Assembly: GCA_041753275.1 (NCBI GenBank) | Contig: JBGSUW010000078.1 | Coordinates: 36,074-100,073 of the forward strand | Source: Akkermansiaceae bacterium | GTDB lineage: Bacteria > Verrucomicrobiota > Verrucomicrobiia > Verrucomicrobiales > Akkermansiaceae | Length of the DNA stretch: 64,000 nucleotides | Direction: 5' to 3' | Shown here: in pieces, positions 29,786 to 39,066 of the stretch | How positions within the stretch are numbered: position 1 is the first letter of the stretch | How the letters are laid out: the number at the start of each line of letters is the position of its first letter | Program-made: the position numbers and the translations under genes | Notes under the pieces: generated by a model | Told to the model about the DNA's origin: nothing | Seen by the model: only the letters and a program-made list of their open reading frames with translations | The model's database searches: none

Positions 29786-30739
29786 ATGAAATTCGAAATT
29801 AAGAAGATTGCTAAATTTAGCGCGATCATAGCGTCCTCCGCATTGCTGTTCTCCTGTGATGGCGACGACGGCAAAGACGGCGCACCGGGTGCTCCATTCA
29901 CACAATTGAAGAATTCGGATCTGATTCCGAATATTTTCACCGCAAGCCAATTGCGGATGACACTCGATCCTAGCACTAGTGCTACTTACACCGGAACTCC
30001 TGAAGTGTTTATCGATTTTGATTCGCAGTTCGTTGGAACTCTCGAAAACCAATCGCTCAATTCTGGTCTTCTCACGAACCAAGTTGTTGGTAACCCACAA
30101 CTTCGTTTCAATGCACTTGCTGCTCCTGGCAACGGCACATTCACAATCGGTTCCATCAAGGGCGATGTGGATGAGGACGGCGATATCGACGTGAACGATG
30201 CACCATTGTTCCAAACAATGACACTCACTTCACTGCAAATCGTTCAAAATACCTACATCGGTACTTTTACAACGCTTGTTGGAACCACTGCTGAGCCAGT
30301 GACTCTCTCGCAGGATGCTGCGGCGGAAAACTTGGGAGCACAAATCGGAGTTTCTGCTCCTGCTGCATTCCCAACGCTTGTTAACGTGCAACAAGAGACC
30401 GGCACAACAAAAGTGCTCGTTCAAGATACTAGCTCACCGCGCGTAACTCTTTACACACTCAAAGCAGATGAAGTAGCTCTCCGGTTCCAAGGCGCTACTG
30501 GCGACGTTGTTTTCGTAGTCAAGAAGCCAGCAGTCGGTTATGATTTCACCGGTAAAGTGTTCGACATTAGCAATTTTGCTAAGGCTAGCACATTCGTTGC
30601 TACCACAACACCGCAACGTATCGTTGCCGATTCTGGTTCTGAGTTTGCCACTGGTTCATTCCGTCTCGACATCGATTCCACTCAAGGTGGAGACACTGGA
30701 CTACTCTCAACCAATTCTGGTCTAGGTTCAGGATCCTAA
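29786..30739 (+). CDS. Lipoprotein with short collagen-like repeat and DxDxDG Ca-binding loop
   Basis: Lipobox LLFSC; GDDGKDGAPGAP; GDVDEDGDIDVND; Thr/Gly/Val-rich beta character. Confidence 0.8.
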   Translation: MKFEIKKIAKFSAIIASSALLFSCDGDDGKDGAPGAPFTQLKNSDLIPNIFTASQLRMTLDPSTSATYTGTPEVFIDFDSQFVGTLENQSLNSGLLTNQVVGNPQLRFNALAAPGNGTFTIGSIKGDVDEDGDIDVNDAPLFQTMTLTSLQIVQNTYIGTFTTLVGTTAEPVTLSQDAAAENLGAQIGVSAPAAFPTLVNVQQETGTTKVLVQDTSSPRVTLYTLKADEVALRFQGATGDVVFVVKKPAVGYDFTGKVFDISNFAKASTFVATTTPQRIVADSGSEFATGSFRLDIDSTQGGDTGLLSTNSGLGSGS

Positions 30740-30777
30740 TTCTACTTAGAACTACACTATTTAGAAATTAGTCTAGC

Positions 30778-30820
30778 AAAGCAGTCACATTTCATTTGAA
30801 GTGTGACTGCTTTTATTTAT
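30778..30820 (+). terminator. Intrinsic terminator after the lipoprotein gene
   Basis: AAAGCAGTCACATTTCA-TT-TGAAGTGTGACTGCTTT then TATTTAT. Confidence 0.8.
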
Positions 30821-30829
30821 CCTTCTCGT

Positions 30830-33214
30830 ATGTTCTTAAGTCGCAGTATTTCCCAATTGCATTTCATTTCTGCGTTGGTTTTATTGAGCAATGGTGCTTT
30901 AACGGGTCAGGATAGATATTTAGTACAACCGCAAGCAATAAGATCGAATTGGATAGATGCAGGAATCGATTATCCAGATTATGCTTTGGCCAATGTGATT
31001 AATCAGAGTGGACTAATTACTCGTTATCAGGATGGAGTAACTAAGATATCTGAGGGCCAAACCTTGCAACACACCCCCTCTTCAGCTTCTGCTTCAGATG
31101 GACTTATCTCATTGACTGAGAATACACAATCAGATCCGATTCCTACGTACGTAATTACTTTACCTAGAAAAACTATTGTCGATGGAGTGATTTTATGGGG
31201 TTCTACCTTTGATAATTCATTGAGATCGGCCAAATTTTTCTGCGATCCTGACAATGACAATGATGGGATTTTTAACTTGCAAGATGCCCTCGCACATCCC
31301 ACTATTGTTTATCGGCCGTCGAATGAAGGAAAATATTTCTTCAGTAAAGGACTGAAGGGCGTGCCTTCTCCGGCCCAATTCAGAGAGTTTGAAATTCCGC
31401 GTAATACTAAATTCATATACGTCCAAATCACTCCTCTAGTAAGCCCGACGGTGGTTCTTGGCGAAATTGCTTTCACCTCTAGTACTCCAAACTACAATCT
31501 CTGGAAATCGCAACTTAAGCTTTCTGAATCCTCAGATGGTTCTACGGATGAAGATGGCGATGGGATACCTGACAGGGTGAACTGGGCGTTTGGTGATGGC
31601 GCATTGATATCGACATCAGCGCTACCTGGACCACCCATTAGGAGCAGTCCTCTCTGGAACGGCTTATTGGACAATAGTAATCCAGATCGTATTCCTGACT
31701 CCAATGTCTCAACTCAAATCAATGTATCAAACGGTTTATTTAGTCCAATTCCCCCTTCGACATGGACGTCTGAAGAAATATTAGAAGAAATAGGCCCGGT
31801 AACTATCAGAGGCCGGATCGTTGAAAATGGCGTTCTCAAACTGCTCAAAAGCCAAGTTAGAGCGTTTAAGAGTGTCGAGATCAGCTACACTTTGCGAAAG
31901 AAAACCACTAAAACTACGATCATACATGTAGATGATTATTTTTTTGATTCATTCTCTTGGCCATCCACCAGACTCAAATTGCAAGGACCAAATTGGAACT
32001 CATGGGCCTTGAATCTACCTGAGACCGGTACCCGCTTAGAAGTTCATCTGGAAAGCCGCGGCAGCTCAGGAGCATGGACGGACTTTTTAACCCTCCCCGT
32101 CGGCAGTAAGAATTTGCAACAGGGAGTTCCTCGGACTGGAACCCTTTTAAGTGGTCATACTCAGATCCGGGCTAGGATTGTTGCCCCGAATACTGATTTT
32201 AATAATCTTGAAGCTTTTGTGATCAAGGGACCGACGTTGAACAATCTAAGTTTAAGTTCCGGTCTTTTAAGTCCACTCTTTTCTCCGACAGAAACATCCT
32301 ACACTACCAGTGTAGCCAGTAACATTTCTTCAATCACATTTACCCCAACAGTAACGGACATTGGAGCTACAATTAGTGTTGAAGGAATCAGTGTTTCATC
32401 TGAAACGGCAAGTGCTCCGATTCCACTTTCTACAGGTAGCAACATCCTCACGATCTTGGTGACATCTCCTGATGGCACAATGACCAGATCCTACACAGTG
32501 ACTGTGACAAGGGCCGCGCCGAGTGGAATCGCCACATTGGACGGATTGACTTTAAGCTCGGGCACGCTTAGCCCAGCCTTTGCAGTTTCCACCTTAAGCT
32601 ACACAACTAGCGTTGCCCCAGCGGTAGAATTCATTTCACTCACTCCAACTATTTTAGGAACAAACTCCATCGTAACGGTGAATGGTCTAGTGGTGGTATC
32701 TGGAACTTCCAGTTCTCCTATCTCGCTAGCTGTGGGTAAGACCACTGTCATAGTTCAAGTGACTTCTCCGGATGATCCTACGACCACCAACTACACCGTT
32801 CAGATTACCCGTCCAGGCTCCTACGAGTCATGGGCCAAAGCGAACTTTACTGCTTCACAACTGGAAGACCCGAATATCAGTGGCATGAATCAAAGCCCTG
32901 CAAATGATGGAGTTAGCAACCTGATGAAATATGCGCTGGCGATCCCTCCAATGGCTCCGGCGATTTTGCCTGAAATGTCTCAACACGATGGCTATCTCAC
33001 ACTAAAGTATCGAAGGAATGACGACGCACCGGATCTCGTATTCACCGTGGAAGTCACCAATACACTTGTTGCTGGGCAGTGGGACGCCGTATCAATCCAC
33101 GCGCCGGATTCCCCAGGCCCGAGTCAAGGTTCATTTCATGAAGAAACCATCCGAGATAACGTGCCGATTGCGGGGAATCCCCGAAGATTCATGCGACTAA
33201 AAGTCACAAAATGA
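30830..33214 (+). CDS. Secreted adhesin-like protein with two cadherin-like beta-sandwich repeats and Verrucomicrobia-type C-terminal module
   Basis: Signal peptide; two L..L.LSSG.LSP.F....SYTTSV...L..G.....VTSPD.....YTV..TR repeats; tail DGVSNLMKYAL...RRFMRLKVTK; start moved to ATG 30830 (30803 lies in the terminator). Confidence 0.8.
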   Translation: MFLSRSISQLHFISALVLLSNGALTGQDRYLVQPQAIRSNWIDAGIDYPDYALANVINQSGLITRYQDGVTKISEGQTLQHTPSSASASDGLISLTENTQSDPIPTYVITLPRKTIVDGVILWGSTFDNSLRSAKFFCDPDNDNDGIFNLQDALAHPTIVYRPSNEGKYFFSKGLKGVPSPAQFREFEIPRNTKFIYVQITPLVSPTVVLGEIAFTSSTPNYNLWKSQLKLSESSDGSTDEDGDGIPDRVNWAFGDGALISTSALPGPPIRSSPLWNGLLDNSNPDRIPDSNVSTQINVSNGLFSPIPPSTWTSEEILEEIGPVTIRGRIVENGVLKLLKSQVRAFKSVEISYTLRKKTTKTTIIHVDDYFFDSFSWPSTRLKLQGPNWNSWALNLPETGTRLEVHLESRGSSGAWTDFLTLPVGSKNLQQGVPRTGTLLSGHTQIRARIVAPNTDFNNLEAFVIKGPTLNNLSLSSGLLSPLFSPTETSYTTSVASNISSITFTPTVTDIGATISVEGISVSSETASAPIPLSTGSNILTILVTSPDGTMTRSYTVTVTRAAPSGIATLDGLTLSSGTLSPAFAVSTLSYTTSVAPAVEFISLTPTILGTNSIVTVNGLVVVSGTSSSPISLAVGKTTVIVQVTSPDDPTTTNYTVQITRPGSYESWAKANFTASQLEDPNISGMNQSPANDGVSNLMKYALAIPPMAPAILPEMSQHDGYLTLKYRRNDDAPDLVFTVEVTNTLVAGQWDAVSIHAPDSPGPSQGSFHEETIRDNVPIAGNPRRFMRLKVTK

Positions 33215-33351
33215 TTTCTTAACACCAGAGATTTACTTACCGCACTAAAACGCTATCGTCACATAGCTTAATTTCCTGCGACAAATTAGTGATTAACAAT
33301 TGAAGTTGCGCCAGTTTTGTTTTTATTGCAGCCTGTCTCGCTAAACGTTCC

Positions 33352-34728
33352 ATGAGTTACCTTCATATTTTTATTCGTTTCATTCCAGCTCCGGTATTAG
33401 TGTTGATGGCTCTACTTTCCTCTTGCGCTTGGATGAAGCCCGCGCAACAACGGGTTGATGAAACTCGCGAAGGAATTAGTGATGATTTCTTACGCAAACT
33501 TCGAATCCAAGGCAATCCTGGAGGACAAGGGACCGTGAAGCTAACTTGGAAGCAAGCGATCGAGAAGATGTACTTGAGTAATCCAGAGTTGATTCAGGCT
33601 GACAACCAAATTGAAAATGCTCGCCAGCAGCAAAAACAACTTTGGCGTAATCTTTTACCGTTGGTAGGGGTTGGCTTATCGAATAACGCGCCCATTGAAG
33701 AATTCGGGAAAGTTTTTTCAAACCCACAATTCCGCATTTATAGTTATCTTCCCCTAGGTTCGCTATTACAGCTGCCTAAGGAGGCTTACACTAGGAAGCT
33801 CTTTTACATGGGGGCGGAACTGCAGGCAGAGCAGCAAATGCGGCAACAGGTGATTTTTCTCTACCGCCTATTCCAAGAGCAAAGGCTTCTCGCGATGCAA
33901 AGCCGCGCCTTGGATTTTGAAGAACAGCTTATAAGTGGAGTTTCAGGGCTAGAGAGCGTTGAGGTATTAAAGATGCGAACCGAATATACCGAAGCACGAG
34001 CAAGCTGGGAAAAAGCGCAGCGTCTATGGCTCAGCCGAGTGGGTGATTTTTTCATGACCGGTTATTCCGCTGCAAACTTAATCAATAGCGGAATACCCAA
34101 TATCACTTATAATCCTAATGAACTGGACTTTTCCGACACTTCTCGCTGGGGACTACTTCAGCTCAATCTACTGGCCTTAGAACAAATCGCTGAAGATGGT
34201 AGGATTCTCGATCTTTACCTCCGCTACCTTCCTAGCCCCAATTTAAGCGTATCCGCTCCACCTCTTTACAATTCAACAAGCGGCCAAGCATTTGACGCGG
34301 CGAATATCAATATTGGCCCTTCGTTGGACTGGAATCTCGATACGCAAGGTGCCATCAGTCAGCAACTCAGGCGCACCTGGGCCGATAAAACTATCAGGGA
34401 TTGGCGTAAAGATAAGCGCCAGAGGGATGAGATAACTAAACTCTTAGAAGGGAAGCAAGCTCTCGCCACTGTGCAACGCGAATTGGCAAAACACCGTCAA
34501 GCGATGGGCGGATATCGCAAGGCGGTGCTAAGTGGATTAGTCATTGACCCGCAATCGGCGATTCAGACAATGCGTAAGCTTCAAGAAATTGAAATTCAGC
34601 TAACGGCTAAAGAGATCGAAATCTGCACTTCCTTTTGGCTGATTGACGAAGAGCGTTGGGCTCCTATCACCCGCCGCTGGCTGCAAACTCGGGAGATCCG
34701 CACGCAAACAAGAAAACCGAAACGATAG
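33352..34728 (+). CDS. Divergent TolC/outer membrane factor-like lipoprotein
   Basis: Lipobox LLSSC; LTWKQAIEKMYLSNPEL; two helix/strand repeats; precedes MFP and ABC genes. Confidence 0.65.
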   Translation: MSYLHIFIRFIPAPVLVLMALLSSCAWMKPAQQRVDETREGISDDFLRKLRIQGNPGGQGTVKLTWKQAIEKMYLSNPELIQADNQIENARQQQKQLWRNLLPLVGVGLSNNAPIEEFGKVFSNPQFRIYSYLPLGSLLQLPKEAYTRKLFYMGAELQAEQQMRQQVIFLYRLFQEQRLLAMQSRALDFEEQLISGVSGLESVEVLKMRTEYTEARASWEKAQRLWLSRVGDFFMTGYSAANLINSGIPNITYNPNELDFSDTSRWGLLQLNLLALEQIAEDGRILDLYLRYLPSPNLSVSAPPLYNSTSGQAFDAANINIGPSLDWNLDTQGAISQQLRRTWADKTIRDWRKDKRQRDEITKLLEGKQALATVQRELAKHRQAMGGYRKAVLSGLVIDPQSAIQTMRKLQEIEIQLTAKEIEICTSFWLIDEERWAPITRRWLQTREIRTQTRKPKR

Positions 34729-34760
34729 TCCTAATCTTTTCATCCTCTAGCACTTCAACC

Positions 34761-35963
34761 ATGAGAGTTCTTCATTTGTTTCCTATTTTCCTTATTATAC
34801 TCCTCGTATTGGGCTGTGACTCTAAAGTTTCGGATGCAAAAGATGATCCCAAGTCCCCTACCATGCCAGAAACTTCATGGGAATGGAAAACTTTCCAGAA
34901 ATCTTCCGAGCTTGTGCTAGGCACTTTACCTTTGGATATTCGGCCCAAGCAATCATTAGCGATTAAAAGCGAAGCCAGTGGCATTATCACCTTTGAGGTA
35001 CAAGAAAAAGTGAGTCAAATCAGCAAGGGTCAATCGATTGCTCGGATGGATGTGGAAACTCTCGAAGAACAGGGCGAACGCCTGACGATCCAAGAAGAAA
35101 AGCAGATTCTCGAGGATATGAAACGAGACAATCTTGATACGCCGGAAAGACGTAAAAAGGCTAGAGAGGAACTCGAGGAGGCCCGGCGTAAAGTTAAACT
35201 TGTGGAGATGATTCTCAACAATCCAGCCATGGAAAGCATGTCCAGTGAACTCTTTGGCTCAGACATGGGAACCATCAACAAAGCAGCACTAGCTGAGGCA
35301 AAGGATACACTTAGACTCGCTGAGCAGAAGATGGCGTGGGCGAATGAGTTCGACGAAAAACTTCAAACCGGCCAGCAGCGGATTCAAGAAATGGATCTGA
35401 CCAAAAGCAAACGGCAGTATCAGGAAGCCAAAGAACGCTCCGTCTATATGGCTCCATTTGACGGAGAACTCCGACTGGACGTCAATTACGTAGTAGGCAA
35501 GAATGAATATACCGTGGCCGCTCGTGAAACAATTGCCACACTCAGCGATTATGAAGAAATCAATGCGCTTCTTAATGTCAGTAATGCGGCATGGATCAAT
35601 CTTCAACCGCAGCGGCTGCATATCAGTTTAAATGACAAAGAAAGAACAATCCTTTCCTTCATCGATGACCGAGTTGAAAAAGATGAACGCACTCTGCGCG
35701 AAGAGCGAAAATATGTTTTTTCGGTCCCACTCAAAAACAATGAGTCTCTGAAACGCCTTGCGGGAACCCAGATGACTGGCGATTTAGTTTATAAGTTGCC
35801 GTCTGAGTGCTACATCATTCCTAAGTATGATTTGGCGCTGTATGCTTTGGGCAAGACGGATACGACCGACTGGGTCGCAATGGTGAAGAAACTGTGGCCC
35901 GCAGCCACCGTTCTGGCCCAAGGACAAAAGCATCTCGCGATTTCCAATCCTCAAGCGCCTTAG
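34761..35963 (+). CDS. Periplasmic adaptor (membrane fusion protein-like) lipoprotein
   Basis: Lipobox LVLGC; IKSEASG.I and KGQSIARMD half-lipoyl, long coiled coil, MAPFDGEL. Confidence 0.72.
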   Translation: MRVLHLFPIFLIILLVLGCDSKVSDAKDDPKSPTMPETSWEWKTFQKSSELVLGTLPLDIRPKQSLAIKSEASGIITFEVQEKVSQISKGQSIARMDVETLEEQGERLTIQEEKQILEDMKRDNLDTPERRKKAREELEEARRKVKLVEMILNNPAMESMSSELFGSDMGTINKAALAEAKDTLRLAEQKMAWANEFDEKLQTGQQRIQEMDLTKSKRQYQEAKERSVYMAPFDGELRLDVNYVVGKNEYTVAARETIATLSDYEEINALLNVSNAAWINLQPQRLHISLNDKERTILSFIDDRVEKDERTLREERKYVFSVPLKNNESLKRLAGTQMTGDLVYKLPSECYIIPKYDLALYALGKTDTTDWVAMVKKLWPAATVLAQGQKHLAISNPQAP

Positions 35964-35982
35964 TCGGTTATTTCACCTCCTC

Positions 35983-36642
35983 ATGGTCCATTGCCGCAAT
36001 ATTAGTTTTCGCTACTCTTCTCGCACTCCAAGAGTTCTGGATGAATTTAGCCATGAATTTAAAGCGGGCATTCATTTGATCAAAGGCTACTCCGGCTGCG
36101 GAAAATCCACACTGCTTCGAATTATTGGCGGATACCTCAAACCGGAATCCGGAGTGATTGACGTTGCTGGATTCAAAAAGAATTCCACCCAGTTTCAAAA
36201 AGAGGCGCTGGGCTTTGTGTTTCAACAACTTAATTTGCTTCCTCTCGCCAGCGTCGAACGCAATCTACAGCTCGCCGCTTCACTGGCGGGTATTTCCACG
36301 GAAAAGCGCAATCAGAACGCCAAAAGATTTCTTAAACTGCTGGGGCTGGAAGACTTCACCCAACGCTTGCCAAAGACCATGTCCGGCGGCCAACAGCAAC
36401 GCGCAACCATTGCCCGCGCATTGATCAAAGAACCCCGCGTGTTGTTGCTGGACGAGCCCACCTCGGGCCTCGACGACCTCAACACTGGAATCATTATCAA
36501 AGTCTTGCGTGACTTCATCGCCGAAGGCGAACGAGTGGCTATTATCTGCACGCATGACTCACGACTCGACACATTAGCTGATGACATCTTGGATTTTAAC
36601 CGTTTCTTACCTCTGGAAGGACACCTGGAAGCGCTGGTTTGA
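35983..36642 (+). CDS. ABC transporter ATPase (LolD/MacB-like)
   Basis: GYSGCGKS, GFVFQQLNLLP, MSGGQQQR, LLLDEPT, CTHD. Confidence 0.92.
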   Translation: MVHCRNISFRYSSRTPRVLDEFSHEFKAGIHLIKGYSGCGKSTLLRIIGGYLKPESGVIDVAGFKKNSTQFQKEALGFVFQQLNLLPLASVERNLQLAASLAGISTEKRNQNAKRFLKLLGLEDFTQRLPKTMSGGQQQRATIARALIKEPRVLLLDEPTSGLDDLNTGIIIKVLRDFIAEGERVAIICTHDSRLDTLADDILDFNRFLPLEGHLEALV

Positions 36643-37708
36643 GCAACCAGGGAGTGTCATGGCGCGCTCCGTGGTCACCATCATCATGGTGAGCCTCTCA
36701 ATCCTGTTGCTTGTGGGATTCCGCATGCAGATTGAGAAAATCCGTGCCCAAGTGCGGGCGTTTGGTCTCGATAACCTACTAATCGTCGAAAATATTACCG
36801 AGCAGGATATTGCGAACGGGCAGTCATCGGATCGATTCCGTAGCATCAGGAAATGGGGCGATCTTTTCACGGCCCGGGTGTTGATGGTTTCCGCAACCGG
36901 AAGTAATGGCCGCAATGCCACAGTCGTCGCCTATGATGATGCCGATATTGTGGGGCTTCTACCCTACCTCCGATACGGTCATGAAATTTTTGTTCTCAGC
37001 AGAAACATGCCGCCCGGACTACTGGTGGATTACAACGTGCAGCAGGCGAATCTTCGCGGGATCGCCCTGGACCCTGGCGATCGAGTCGCACAGATTCTGC
37101 AAGGCGATACGTTGTTTGTGCCAATTCAACAAGCTGCCGAGTTGGTGAAATCAGGCTACTCGATGATCTACTACTTGGAACGTCACAAAGATGCTCCAGA
37201 AATCGCAGACCTAAGCGAGGCCGTGCGTTATGTCGTCCGAGCAGACGGCAGTGGCAAGGTGGATATCAAAAACGCTGAGATGCTCAGGGAGAAGCTTAAC
37301 AAAATGGAAGAGCAACAAACTATGTTGCGATTTTGGCTGGCGATCATCTTGGGAAGCGCGCTCGCATTGATCTATGGTGTGCTCTCCATTCTCGAATTTC
37401 GCCAAAGCATGTATGTGTCCGCGCTTCTCCGGAGCTTTGGAGTGTCTCCGATCATGTTGGTGCTGAGAACGATATTTGAAAACGTGATCATCGTCAATTC
37501 CGTGACCATAGGTGTGATTTGGCTACTTTCATTCTACCACGACACGATTTTCAAAGCGTTAAAAGTGAATGCGGTCAGTGATATCGCAGAGCTCTACTGG
37601 GGCAACGAATCAATGTGGATCATCATCGCCGCGAATCTTGGAATTCTCGTCAGCTGTATTCCGGTATTTTTAGCACTGCGCAAGCCGGTGGGCAGCATTC
37701 TTGAGTGA
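36581..37708 (+). CDS. FtsX/MacB-type ABC permease
   Basis: TM1, large periplasmic loop, three C-terminal TMs, ALLRSFGVS. Confidence 0.82.
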   Translation: MTSWILTVSYLWKDTWKRWFEQPGSVMARSVVTIIMVSLSILLLVGFRMQIEKIRAQVRAFGLDNLLIVENITEQDIANGQSSDRFRSIRKWGDLFTARVLMVSATGSNGRNATVVAYDDADIVGLLPYLRYGHEIFVLSRNMPPGLLVDYNVQQANLRGIALDPGDRVAQILQGDTLFVPIQQAAELVKSGYSMIYYLERHKDAPEIADLSEAVRYVVRADGSGKVDIKNAEMLREKLNKMEEQQTMLRFWLAIILGSALALIYGVLSILEFRQSMYVSALLRSFGVSPIMLVLRTIFENVIIVNSVTIGVIWLLSFYHDTIFKALKVNAVSDIAELYWGNESMWIIIAANLGILVSCIPVFLALRKPVGSILE

Positions 37709-37733
37709 ACAGATTCGAAGTGTATAATCCACA

Positions 37734-38381
37734 ATGTTTGGTAAATTTGCTTCCCGGATTCTTGTCCCGCTCACTCTGCACATCGTGATCCTGTGCTCGC
37801 TTTGCGTGCTCCTCTCGCTGCCTCCTGTCTGGAATACCGGCTATCGATTCGCCATGGAATCAAAGCTGAAGCCCTACGAAAAAAAGGAGCTCATCATAGA
37901 AGATGCACTATTGATCAGCGGCGGTCTCTGGTCGCAGGAAAACTATACAAAAATCTCGGGCAAACTAAAGGCATACGTGCTCAATAAAAAAGAACAACGA
38001 CATTTCGAAGATGTGAGAACATTACTCCGTCGCGCGATCTATGTGGTAATGGTTTTAGTCCCGGTTCTTCTACTTTTCAGAAAATTCATCGTGTGGAAAG
38101 TTGCGTGGATTTATGCACTCATCTTCTATGCCATCGAAGGAATTATTTTCTGGATTTGGAGTGCGGTAGCATGGCGGCACATGTTCCGCACGTTGCATTG
38201 GTGGATCTTCCAAAATGATAGTTGGATACTTCCCAAGGGAAGTTATAGCCTGTTTCTCTATCCTCACTCGGTATGGCAAATGGCTGGAATTTCAATATTC
38301 GTGGCATTTTTCATCGTGCTTTTGATCGGCTATTTTCTTACCCGAAAATTTTCAACGCCTCTTCACCGAGGTTCTAATTGA
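37734..38381 (+). CDS. DUF1461 / lipoprotein intramolecular transacylase (Lit)-like membrane protein
   Basis: EQRHFEDVRTL and FRTLHWWIFQNDSWILP..SYSLFLYP resemble the HF.DVK and F..FH..FF....W...P motifs; four TMs. Confidence 0.72.
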   Translation: MFGKFASRILVPLTLHIVILCSLCVLLSLPPVWNTGYRFAMESKLKPYEKKELIIEDALLISGGLWSQENYTKISGKLKAYVLNKKEQRHFEDVRTLLRRAIYVVMVLVPVLLLFRKFIVWKVAWIYALIFYAIEGIIFWIWSAVAWRHMFRTLHWWIFQNDSWILPKGSYSLFLYPHSVWQMAGISIFVAFFIVLLIGYFLTRKFSTPLHRGSN

Positions 38382-38525
38382 GTTGTCTGAATACGATCTT
38401 CACGCAGTAGATTTTCTCATACAAGGAGGGCGTTGCAGCATCGCATCGGATCGAAAATTGTCTTTTCTTGAATAATTTTGAAGTGGGAGGGGTCGAATCG
38501 AGCGTAACCCAAAATTACTAAGACA

Positions 38526-38837
38526 ATGAAAAAATTAATACTTACCATTGCAATCAGCGCTTTTGCTTTTATCGGAACCGCTGTCGAATCCGAAGCTCGC
38601 CCATATCGTGGTGGGCATGGCCATGAGGTCACATCCAGCCACACCTACGTGAGCGGCCATCGCAACGGACGCCCGATTTATACCAAAAAGATCTTCGTAG
38701 GTTATGACCGTTTCGACCGTCCTGTTTACAAATATAAGACAGTAGCGGGCCCAAGGCGCGGACATCATCACAATCATCACTATCATGCCCCACGGCACCG
38801 TGTTCACCGCGGAATTACAATCCACTTCGGTCGCTAA
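38526..38837 (+). CDS. Small secreted His/Arg-rich protein
   Basis: Signal peptide (SEA); GHHHNHHYH tail; own terminator. Confidence 0.75.
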   Translation: MKKLILTIAISAFAFIGTAVESEARPYRGGHGHEVTSSHTYVSGHRNGRPIYTKKIFVGYDRFDRPVYKYKTVAGPRRGHHHNHHYHAPRHRVHRGITIHFGR

Positions 38838-38868
38838 TGATCGAAAATCGACAATTTGAACCATCACT

Positions 38869-38904
38869 ACTCCCGGGGGGAAACCTCCGGGAGTTTTTGT
38901 TTTT
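38869..38904 (+). terminator. Intrinsic terminator
   Basis: ACTCCCGGGGG...CCTCCGGGAGT followed by TTTTGTTTTT. Confidence 0.8.
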
Positions 38905-39066
38905 ATCGGCTGCTAGCGACCCTCCAAACAGAGCAAACGAGAAGTTTATCTTGGCAAGCTGACCACCGAATCTAGATTGAAATCTCTTGGATTTTGGAAT
39001 ATTGGAAATCAAAGAATCGATCATCCCATCCAAATACAAGAAAAGCTCTTCACCATAATTGAACCC

